Below are positions 24,601 to 34,496 of a stretch of DNA of 64,000 nucleotides, one piece after another. Under the pieces are notes generated by a model. That model made no database searches and was not told where the DNA came from. It was given only the letters and a program-made list of their open reading frames with translations. How positions within the stretch are numbered: the first letter of the stretch is position 1; each line of letters opens with the position of its first letter. The DNA lies in NCBI GenBank assembly GCA_013239625.1, contig MU054187.1, forward strand, positions 496,001 through 560,000. Reading direction: 5' to 3'. This DNA is from Lama guanicoe. Its lineage: Eukaryota. A program made the position numbers and the translations under genes.

Positions 24601-27600
24601 GTGGGTCCCGGCTTAAATTAGTTTTCCTGATAATTCTATTTCTTCACTTAATTGTTCATTTTCTTGTTGCAGTGTTGCTGTCTTACTATCCACTCCTGTT
24701 GTGTGCAGGCCACACGGCTCTCTCTGACGGAGACAGTGACAGCTGGGCGGGGCGCTCCCCGTAGGGGAGCCGGTGCATCTCTGGGGACACGCCCCCGCGG
24801 GCACACTCTCATCTGCATCCTACTCTGTCCTCCTGGGCACACAGCGAGTCAAACGCGCTGCTCCCAGCTTTGGGGAAAATACTGTCCGAGGCGGAGAGGT
24901 TTTGGACAGTCTGTGAGTGACTTCCATAAGTTCGGTTTTACCAGTCTCCCCTCTTTGTTCTTGGGACACCCAAGGTTAAATTCTCAAGAGAACCGACCCT
25001 GACCGGGTGGCACCCGGGGCCCTCAATGGTGTCCCAACGGCCTGCCGCCCTGTGGCACGGGCAGAGCTGGAGCGGCTCAGAGCACACAGCCTCCCTTTCG
25101 GGGCTAACAGAACCACACGGGAAATTTCACAGGGACTGGCTTTTCTGTGAAGCGTCCAGAACTTTCACCTACTCCGCGGTCTGGCGCTGACAGCCCGTGT
25201 CTGCCAGCCGGAGCAGGAGCTCAGAGGAGCAGATCTGCAGTGCGGTGGGGAGGTGGCCAGGCAGCCAGGCCCTGGAGCCACGAAGTCCAGGCACCGTCCT
25301 CGCCTGGCCTTGACTCACTCTTTTGGATGGAAATCCTGTCTTAGGGTTTTGTGGGCATCTGCTGCTGCGGGGCCGGGTGCTGCCTTTCCGGGGGCCTTGC
25401 CGCTTGGCCCCCTCCCACCAGGAGTGTTGGGAACGTGTGGGGCGCACACGTGGTTTTCCTGAAACAGGGGCGGGGAGTGCAACTGCCGTTCGGGGGTGGG
25501 GCCGGGAAGAAAGCTGGCCCCACACGCAGGGCCAGTGTGCCTGACAGGGGCACGAGGTCCTGCTGCCACAGGAGTTGGGGCCCGTGGGGAGGCTCAGAAG
25601 TGGGCCCCCCATGCACCCGCGTGGCGAGAACCACAGCTCCCGCGCTCGCCTGCAGTGATTCCCAGCTCATCGGAGTGGGGTTTGGACCCGGGAAGGAAGT
25701 CTCTGGTGGGCCTCGCAGACCTGGGCTCTGTTGTGGCTGCTGGATCCTCCGAAGGTTCCTGGGATGATGGAGAGCACTGGACTCCGAGTCCCCCTCTGTG
25801 CTGCTCTGGGCAGCACACCGGCGTGACAGTTCATTGTACGTCGTCCTGATGGCCCCGGGGGCCCGGCTGCCTGGTCCAGGGTTGTCCTGGGTGTTCCTCT
25901 GAGGGTGGTTTTGGGCGAGGTTATCATTTGGGTCCTTTGAGTGAGTTAAGCAGATGGCTCCCCTGCTGTGGGCTGGCCTCATCCAGGCAGTGGAAGGCCT
26001 GCAGAGAACAGAGGGCTGGCCATCCAGGTGAGAGAGGGTTCTCCTGCCTGGCTGGCCCTTCCAGGTTCCCCATCAGTTTCTGGCCTTTGGAGCTGAGCTG
26101 GGACATCAGCTGTCGGCTCTGCAGATTTGCCAGCGTCTCCGGTCACCTGAGCCCATTCCTTATGCTCCGTCGCTCTCTCTCCTTGTTGACGTAAGTCAGC
26201 ATCAGCAGTGGTGTCGACACGTGTGGGTACGCGGAGCAGGTGTGGGTGCATACACCCTCCTGGCCCTGCGTCCCGGATTCCCTGACCAGTAGTGTTGGAT
26301 TACCGCTCACAGGGGGCCGCGCTGGGGGAGGGAGGCTGATCGGCGCCGTGAAGCCAAGAGTCTGGAAAGTCAGCTGCTTTCAGGCTTCCACGGAGGGAAC
26401 GAGCTGCCAGAAGGAGTGTGTGGCTGTGGGGGCTGGAGTGGCCCCCAAGGAAATGCAGTGAGATGCTGCAGGTGCTGCGCCCCCCCCCCGAGGGCGCGGA
26501 CGTGGGCCACACCCCTCAGCTCTCCGTCCTGCCCCCCACAGGGGGCCGCCAGGGGACGCAGGCTAGCCTGTGTGTGTACTCAGGGCCTTTGAAGGAAAGA
26601 TTCTGGAAAAGCATTCTGTGTTATTGTGTGATTATTTCTGGGTTCATTCTACCTTTATTTAAAGAAAGTGGGGAATAGGTTTCAGTGATCCACGTGTTTT
26701 TGGCAAAAGCATTTAAAACTTTCCCACTTCGAGTTGAAAAACTCTTTCCAAATTCTCAGGTCAGACACATAAATCGTACGAACAAAACCTCACTGGTTCT
26801 GCACACTCCGCTGTCTGCTGTACTGGGCCCGGCTCAGCCAGAGGTCGGTTCGGCAAAAGGAAGGGGCATTTGGAACTGCTAACCCTGCGCCGACACAGAG
26901 CGTTCGTGCTGCAGGCTGCATGGCAGACGGCCCTCTGGACCCAGGGCAGCCCCCACAGACACCCCGGGACCCAGCGCCGCCCCTCAGTCCTTTGGTTGAG
27001 AGAGGAGGCTGGAGACCGTTTTCTCAATTTCAAACTGAGAGGGTTTTCCTCAGACCAGTCAACTGACCCCGACTGAATTGACCCTGACTCCCGGTTTGGA
27101 GCAGACCCCACGGGCGGAGGGCCCCTGCCCACCCGACCGGCCACGTCAGACTCTGGCTTCAGAGGTGGTGCCCAGGCTCCTCCCGCCTGCAGGGCTGACT
27201 GCAGACTTGGTCTCTCTGGCCAGCTCTCGCCCAGGGCCTCAGGAGAGCCGCTCTATCGGCACAGATTCAGGTTCACCTGAAGGCCTTGTTCGGAAAAACT
27301 AAAGACGCTCCCACCGCTCAGGAAGTCCCAGGGGCTTCGGAGCTCTGTGCCCAGAGCCTGGAGGAGACCGGGTGTCCTTCCCCACCAGACACCAAGGACC
27401 CCTGCACTGGTCACGCTGGAGCGAGGCCAGAGCCCCTGGGCGAGCAGGTCACTGCCCGGGGGAGGGCCCCTGGGGGTCTTCAGTGGTTTCCTCATGCTTC
27501 TCGTCCCACAGAACGTAACTGCCTTATCTGCACCAACCAAAGAGGCTTCTGCGAGGACGAGGCTCCGGCGTGGTGTGGTGGCCACCGAGCACAGACGTGT

Positions 27601-27642
27601 GGCGGGCGTGCTTCAGTGTTACTTTTGTTAGGATGACCACTT

Positions 27643-27816
27643 CATTTTATTTTATTTTATTTTTAAAATTTATTTGTTTTATTTATTTTTGAAGGAGGGA
27701 AGTAATTAGCTTTATTAATTTGTTTACTTATTTCTTTTAGTGGAGGCACTGGGGATTGAACCCAGGACCTTGTGCATGTTAGGCACGTGCTCTGCCCCTG
27801 AACTGTGCCCTCCCCC
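27643..27816 (-). mobile_element. Camelid-type tRNA-derived SINE (Vic-1-like) with 11-bp target-site duplication
   Basis: Minus strand: GGGGGAGGGCACAGTTCAGGGGCAGAG (A-box-like)...GGTCCTGGGTTCAATCCCCAGTGCCTCCA (B box), then CTAATTACTTCCCTCC and an A-rich tail. The direct repeat GATGACCACTT lies at 27632-27642 and 27817-27827. Confidence 0.9.
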
Positions 27817-28049
27817 GATGACCACTTGATTTAATCCCACCAGTTCAAGTCTTCTGAGCCCCTGTGGCTCGTGGCTGCGTTGTGAAGCTCCACACACAGA
27901 CCCTGTGGAGATGACCAGCGTCCTCACGGGGAGGGGCGGCTCTGCTGGGTCAGGGCAGCCCCACGCCCCTCGCCTCTTACCTCGCTCCTGGAGCTGCAAC
28001 CAGAGTGAAGAGACGCTGGCCTCCCTCAAGTGCTAAGTGTTGGACCTGT

Positions 28050-28084
28050 CCATCCACCCATCCATCCATCCGTCCATCCATCCA
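28050..28084. repeat. Imperfect (CATC)n microsatellite, possibly an L2 tail
   Basis: CCATCCACCCATCCATCCATCCGTCCATCCATCCA. Confidence 0.8.
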
Positions 28085-30962
28085 ACAGTCCATCTTTGAA
28101 CACGCATTTCTTGAGCATACGCTCACAGTCGGTCACATTCAGTGCTTTTCCATGTAAGTGCAAGTTTTGAATTTAGAGTCACCAGCAATGCTTAGTGTAG
28201 AATCAGAAGCGGTTTTAGCAGAAGAGCAGAGTCAGTTACTAAAACTGTTTGAAAGCTCTCTTCCCCCTAGTGATGCTAATGTTGGGGGGTTTCCAAGTGG
28301 GAGGAGGTGGGTGTGAAGCAAGGGGAAGTGACGACTGCAGGCGGTAAACGTGTGGGGGGCCCTCCCTGGGGCGGGTCTGTGCACCTGCAGCCTGTGAGGG
28401 AGGTGCTCCTGCAGCAGAGGGGCTGGTGACCCTCACCAGAGAGGGTGTTGGTGATGGAGGGCAGATGTAAGGAGCGATGTTCCTTCCCCCACGTGAAGAG
28501 ACAGTAGGCGCTGGTGTGGCGCTCAGGAGGTGGCCTGAAGGGAAGTCTCAGACTAGTGAAAACGGAGTCAAAGAGGCCATCAGAGCTGGGGCCACAGCAG
28601 CATGTGGGGCGGCCAGCAGCCCAGCCCTATGTCCCCCCTACAGAGGCTGGTCGTTTCTCCAGGGAGGAGGGGCCCAGAGGCCAGGGGAGGCTGGACCTGG
28701 TTGGGGAGGGCTGGGAGGGGACCTGCGCAGGGGGTGATCCAGGAACTGCCTGGAAGAGGCGCTCGCTCTGAGCCTGGGCCCAGTGCCCTCCTGACTGATG
28801 AGACTGGACCTTGCTGGGGGTGGGACAGCTTGTTCCCAGAGGAGGGGAGCCAGATGGAGGGGCTGGTGCACATTTTGTTCTGCGTGCGTGGTCAGTGCGG
28901 CAAGTCGGTGCTGCCCTCGGGCCGTGTGCGTGTGTTTCAGGAGAGGGTGCGTGGCTGGGACCCTTTGTGGTGACTTAGTCTGCTCCAGGCGCCGTATGAA
29001 CAGCAGAACCGTAGCCTCCTGGTCTGGAGGCTGGACGTCTGGAGTCCAGGGCTGCGTCCTCCCCGGTGGACGGGGCGGAGGAACTCTGGGTCTCTCTCAC
29101 AAGAGCACTGGTCTCGTTTGTCAGGGACCGTCTGTACGTGACATACTGTTACACGTAATGCACACTAAGTATAGTGCACTAACCATGTGTGCGTGGTGTG
29201 CATAGGTGCACGTAAAATATATACAATGTTTGGAAGGGAATGTGCGTGTCTCCAAGCAAAATGCATTTCTTTCTGTATAAATGAATGAAGGAGCTGTAAC
29301 CCTGTGTGAGTAGGTGATGCTTACACAGAGCCCTGCAGGACAGACCCTGTGTGGGTGACTCGCACTCTGCTCTGTGCCTGGAAAGGATTTGTTTGGAGTG
29401 GAATTCATGAGTTCTTGTATTTGCATGAATTGCCAATGACTTAGTCTAATTTTTCTCAACCTTTACGAGTTTACATAAGTGCTTCAGTCTGATTACCTAA
29501 TTCCTGCAGCTCCTCATTCCGGGGCCCGAGGCCACTCTGTACGGAACACGTGAAGGACAGACCCTCAGACTGGGAGCCTGCCTCGTCCCACGACTGGGTG
29601 TGGACAGAGCTCAGGGGGCAGAAGCGGATCCCACCTCGGGGCTGCGACCCACCCAGAGGGCCCGGCTGAAGGGCCGAGATCTGGGCCAGACGGGGGGCAG
29701 GAGGGGGACCGTGCATGGGAGGCTGGCGGAGCAGAGCCCCCAGCAGATGGGTGGCAGGTGTGCTGGGGCCCGGCTCCCGAGGGGACAGACAGACCACAGG
29801 GATGGGTTCTCCAGAGGAGGGGTCTGCAGGGACAGATGCACAATCTGTCCTGGGCGGCCAGCTTTCCAGCAGGTCAGACTCCTGACTGTTAGGAAATCGT
29901 GTTTCTTTCCTCTCACAGAGCCCTTTCGAGTTGATTTCCATCCGAGAGGGAATGAAGGCAGTTAACGGTGATTCGGTGAAACGTTTAACTTCACCTGTGG
30001 CAGCGGGGTCCTCCCTCCAGGGCTTCGTGCTGGTTGGGGTGTTTGACTCCTGTCCCTCTGCACACACGCAGTTCTGACCAGCCCATAGGTGTTTCCAGAA
30101 CGAGACGTCTGCCTCTTTAATGTTAACTGGATGACAGAAGCCTGGCTCTCCAGGGAATGTTACGTGGGGCCTGCTCGACCCTTTTCCGGCAGACAGTGAA
30201 GTGGGGGGTGTGGAGTGGCCAGGAGGCGGAGGTCAGGTGGGCTCTCTGGGCTGGGGTCGGCCCTCTGCCGGTGCTGGGCAGGGCTGCATTGTGTGCTGGC
30301 TTTGTCACCGGCTGTGGAGGAGACTACGATGCCGACTACGTGTGTGGCCTCCCCACGGGAAGCCTGTCCCGCCCCGGCCAGAGCCAGAGTGAGTAGAAGA
30401 CACTCTGCGTGGATGAAGAAAGCCCAGCTGCAGGGAAAAGCATGAGCCCAGGGCTGCCACGGCTGACGGGGACCCGCCCTCCCGGGTGAGCGGGGAAGGG
30501 CCTCACCCTGTGCCTGGCCTGGGCCCGCTGCCCTGGAGAGGGACCGAGCTTTGGCCGTCTGGGAGGGAAAAGAGTGGGGGCTGCAGGGCGCAGGGCCGCT
30601 CTGGGCTCTGCAGGGTGGATGGGCTTCATTCACTTCGGCCCCCTCCCTCCCGCCTGCTCACCGTGGCTGGCAATTCCTTTGACTGGGGAAGAATTCTTCC
30701 AGAGGAGTCAGGTTCTGAGTCCTGGTGCTGCTTCTGGTGATTTATGAGGAACCTGCATTAGGATCTGACCTCCCCAGGGTTTTAAGTGTTAATGGAAAGA
30801 TTTTATTCTCAACCTTCAAATGGTAAAACAGTCGCGAATTCTGTTTTGGGAAGCTTATGGTTGTTAAGGATGAAGAGGAGATGTATTCAGCCCTGTTCTT
30901 TGTGAACCTCAGCTCTCACTCCTGTGGAGGAGGCAGCTGCACCCATGACCCGACACACCCGG

Positions 30963-31070
30963 CTCAGGCGTCGGGGCGCCCTCCGCGTGGTCAGGGATCT
31001 CAGGCGTCGGGGCGCCCTCCGCGTGGTCAGGGATCTCGGGCGTCGGGGCGCCCTCGCGTGGTCAGGGATC
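30963..31070. repeat. 36-bp tandem repeat, 3 copies
   Basis: CTCAGGCGTCGGGGCGCCCTCCGCGTGGTCAGGGAT occurs twice identically. The third copy has one substitution and one deletion. Confidence 0.95.
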
Positions 31071-31744
31071 GGTTCCAGGTCTGGGAGGTGAGACAGTGCA
31101 GGCAGGAGGGGGAGTCTAGTTGAGTTTGCAGTCGGTGGAGTGAGGACACGGCCCCACCCTGGGGAGTGTCAGTCCAGGGAGAAACCTGTGACTGTGTAAC
31201 ACTGTGAAAAGCTACCCACTTCTTTTCTCTTGGCTCTGAAATCTGTGTGGATTATGGAAAAAAGCACCAAATTTACAAAAAAAAAGATACTATGCATTTT
31301 TAGGGCTTTAATGATCTATGCTTTTTTTACGGATAAAAGAGTAAAAAACGTTCTGTTTTAGGGTGATCCTCAGTTGGTTTCATAGTCTTAAATGTTCCTA
31401 GTCTGAATGCAATTTGAAAGCATAGAGTTGTCTGTAAAGTCTTCCGGCCTCGCTCCTGAGGAGGTGACGTGGAACCGAGCGTGGTCCTGTCGACCGTGAA
31501 GCTCCCCGGGTCTCCTGTACGTGAGGGGCTGCCTGGGACACTGCAGATGGGGGGTGAAGACAGAGGAGTGGAGGGAAGTCATGGACTTGGGTTGAGTGGG
31601 TGTGGACTGGGTGGGGAGGGAGCTGTGCAGATGACACCCTAGAGTTGGGGTGCGGCGTGGAACTCCAGGGGGCGTTTGTAGGTGCACCTCTGGACTCGGG
31701 TGACGGCTTGGGTGGGAGAGTTACGCGGGGAGCCTGTGTGCTTT

Positions 31745-33610
31745 CATCGGTGTACTTAGGCCCTTTACATTTAAAGTAATTACTAACGTGGTAGGACTTA
31801 GGTCTGTTATTTCTTCTTCTCCCTGCTTCTCATTTCTTTTTATTTATTGCTTTCCTGTGTCTAATTTGAACATTTGTTGGAATTCCGTTTTGATTTCTTA
31901 TAGCATTTTTGAGCATGTAACTCTGTACACAGTTTTTTCCGACTGTGGTGCTTGTTGCCATGTACGTGCGTGACTCCACGGCTTATGGTGCTGGCAGTTT
32001 ATCGCTTTTAATGAAGCACAGACCAACGTCAGTTCAGGTCCCCTTTCTCTCTCTGGTTTTTAATTCAGTTGTCTTAAATATTTCCTCCACATACATTAGC
32101 ACCATATCAGAGTGTGTTACAAACTTTGCTTCAATCACAAAATATGATTAAAGTAACTCATCAGAGATTAGTCTACCATGTTCACTTTTATTTTCTCTCT
32201 CTCCATGGTTCCTCTTTTCCCTGAAATTTCCAACCTTCTTTTATTATCATTGTCTTTACGTTTGGAGAGAGCTTCATTTGGCCAGTCTCTCAGGATAGGT
32301 CTCCTGGTAAGAAATTATCTTCCTTTTCCTTTGTCTAAGAATTTCTTATTTCCTCTTCATGCTTCACGGATGGTTTACTCTTGTAAGATGCACGGTTGAC
32401 AGTTTTTGCTCTCGGCCCTCGAAATTTCTTGGGCTACTTCTCCTGGCCGCCTGGGTTTCAGGTGAGAGAGCTGCTGTCATAAATTCTTGTTTCTTTGTAA
32501 GTCATGTGTCATTTCTCTCCGGCTGTTTTAAAGATATTTTTCTTTGTCTTTAGTTGTCAGAAATTCTATTTTGATGTGTTTGTGTGTATCCTTTGGGTTT
32601 ATTATATTTAGGTTTCTCTCACTGTCTCAAATCTATAGTTTTATGTACTTTATCAAATTTGGGAAGTTTTTTGTTCCACACTCCTTTCTCCTCTCCTTTG
32701 TGACCTAATAATATGAATGTTGGATCTTTTATTATCCCACAGATTCCTGAGTGTTTGTGCATTTTTAAAGCCTATTTTCCGTCTTTGTTCAGACTGAGGG
32801 AGTTCTATTGAGTGAGTGTCTCTGAGTTCACTGAGTGCATTGTCTCCAATTCTCACCACTCAACTACTGAGCCCACCAAGTAGTTTAAAATTTTGGATTC
32901 CTGTGTTTTTCTTTTCTGTAATTTCCATTTTATTCTTTTTTTGAAACTTCGTTTCTTTGTCGAGACGTTCTATTTTTGCATTTGTTTCAAGAGATCGTTT
33001 AGTGGGTTGTTCTGGCTCAGTGTAGCATGTGGCACTGACCTGCTAGTCCAGCATCAGGTCCGTCCTTGGAGCCTCTGCCGTGCTCCTCTGGTCTGGCTCT
33101 CCCACCTGGCACCTCTGGAGCTCCCTGGCTGTCCCGCTGGTGCTGCCCTCAGGGGAGGACAGTGCTTGTCTGGGCTGCCTTGTGTGGCTGGGGCAGGAGC
33201 TGAGAGGCTGCGGCGTGGGGTCTCCTCGTGCAGTTGATGGAGAAGGGGGCGGCCCTGCAGGTGGCCTGCCCTACCTGCCAGGGACCCGGCTGGGGAGAGG
33301 AAGTTGGGTCCCAGGCCTCTGGCCGGAGAGAGATGTGAGAAATGGTTTTCATCCATGCCTTTTGCTGGTTCTGAGTTGCAGGCTTCTCCGGGGCCCTTCA
33401 TCCGAGATGTACAGCAGATGACAAGATGCCTGGGGAGCCACGTTGCTTTTCCTCGAGCCCCCCATTCTCCAGTCCGCCTCTTCCTGCTTTCCAGGCTTCT
33501 GAGTCCTCTTGTCACATTGTCTGTTTATAATTTCCAGGTTTATCTAGTTGCACTTAGAGGACACAGCAGAGAAAAATGGGCTTACACTATCTTGTTCCAG
33601 ACCCAGAAAG
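31745..33610 (-). mobile_element. Second degenerate LINE-1 (L1M): 5'UTR, ORF1 and the ORF1/ORF2 junction only
   Basis: The peptide at 32653-32859 (SELRDTHSIELPQSEQRRKIGFKNAQTLRNLWDNKRSNIHII) matches ORF1 SELEDRSIE..QSEEQREKR.KKNEQSLRDLWDNIKRSNIHII. The 5' terminal motif TAGTTGCACTTAGAGG...GAAAAATGGGCTTACACTATCTT lies at ~33545-33592. Confidence 0.85.
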
Positions 33611-33611
33611 C

Positions 33612-34010
33612 TTAAGTGGATTTTGAAATGTGGAAATATCCTCTGTGTTTGCAACGAGGGGCCAGAATTTCTGCTGTAAGTATAGTTTGAGCTGAAAAAA
33701 TGCGTCTCCCCAGCCATTTGTGTGGGAACGGAGATCAGACACCCAGAACAACACAGAGAGGGTGTAAAGCATCTCGGCACCACTTGTGGTTCCGACAGTG
33801 TCAGCTGTTGACGAAATGAATGACTTTACCATGTTAGAAGTGTCACACGGAAGCACAATTTTGTCTTGTAATTGTAAGTTGAATTTATTAAGAAGCGTTA
33901 TCAAATCCAGCAAGAGCTAATTTCCAAAGTCATTCAGGTTGGATAATGGTGTTTGAGGGTAGTACTTCCAAACATGAAGAACACAAGAACCTTTCTTAGC
34001 TTGAGCCCCA
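33612..34010 (-). mobile_element. hAT-Charlie DNA transposon fossil (transposase fragment, GTF2IRD2/SPIN-like)
   Basis: Across frameshifts the minus strand reads PE*LWKLALA / DLITLLNKFNLQLQDKIVLPCDTSNMVKSF / FRQQLTLSEPQVVPRCFTPSLCC / DAFFQLKLYLQQKFWPLVANTEDISTFQNPL. This follows the hAT pattern W...LAF..D+..+LN.+NL.LQG...+K.F..+L.L...Q...HFP...LK..F..RF......+..F.NPF. Confidence 0.78.
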
Positions 34011-34289
34011 CAGAATCAGGCAGAGGGGGGCTTGAGTGTCAAAAGAAGGGTCGGCTTTCGAGGACTGTCCCCCCACCTTACTTCCAGCGCCTCCGTGGCT
34101 TCTCTTATGTTGTTGTGTTAGCGATTTCTCATTCAGAGCCGTCCGAGGCCCTCCCTGGTCCTAGTTTAGCTCAGGGAGGTGAAATCATGCCCACGGCTGC
34201 GCTGAGAAGGGCTTCCTCACAGAAGGGGCTCTGTGGTGGGAGCTGAGTTCTCGCGGAGTCGCCCTCCCCCACCCCACGGTCATGTGACC

Positions 34290-34496
34290 ACGGATGGGCC
34301 CTCAAACTGCAGACTCCCGCTGCTCAGGTCTGAGGCCAGAGCCCAGATCAAGGTCCAGGCCGAGCAGGTTCTTGGGGACCCTCACAAGGCCCCCAACCCT
34401 TTTGGGTTAGGGCCCCACTCTCGTGCTCCGTCTACAGTCTCCCTGGGGTCAGGGCTTCAACATGTGGGTTTGCGGGACACTGTTCAGGTCATAATG
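34290..34496 (-). mobile_element. MaLR LTR (MLT1A/B/C-like), internally deleted
   Basis: CCAGATCAAGGT...GGGTTAGGGCCCCAC...CAGGGCTTCAACATGTGGGTTTGCGGGACACTGTTCAGGTCATAA resembles the antisense MLT1 end AGGGCTTCAACATATGAATTTTGGGGGACACAATTCAGTCCATAA. Confidence 0.6.

Noticed and set aside
27745-27816. tRNA gene
   Set aside because: The A/B boxes belong to a SINE head with an A-rich tail and TSD. It has no complete cloverleaf.
29302-29328. Hairpin CTGTGTGAGTA-GGTGA-TGCTTACACAG
   Set aside because: Only 11 bp with two G-U pairs. It is too short for a pre-miRNA and plausible by chance.
33587-33913. 108-aa ORF as a domesticated transposase gene
   Set aside because: Homology switches frames several times, includes a stop codon and is truncated by an L1, so it is a fossil.
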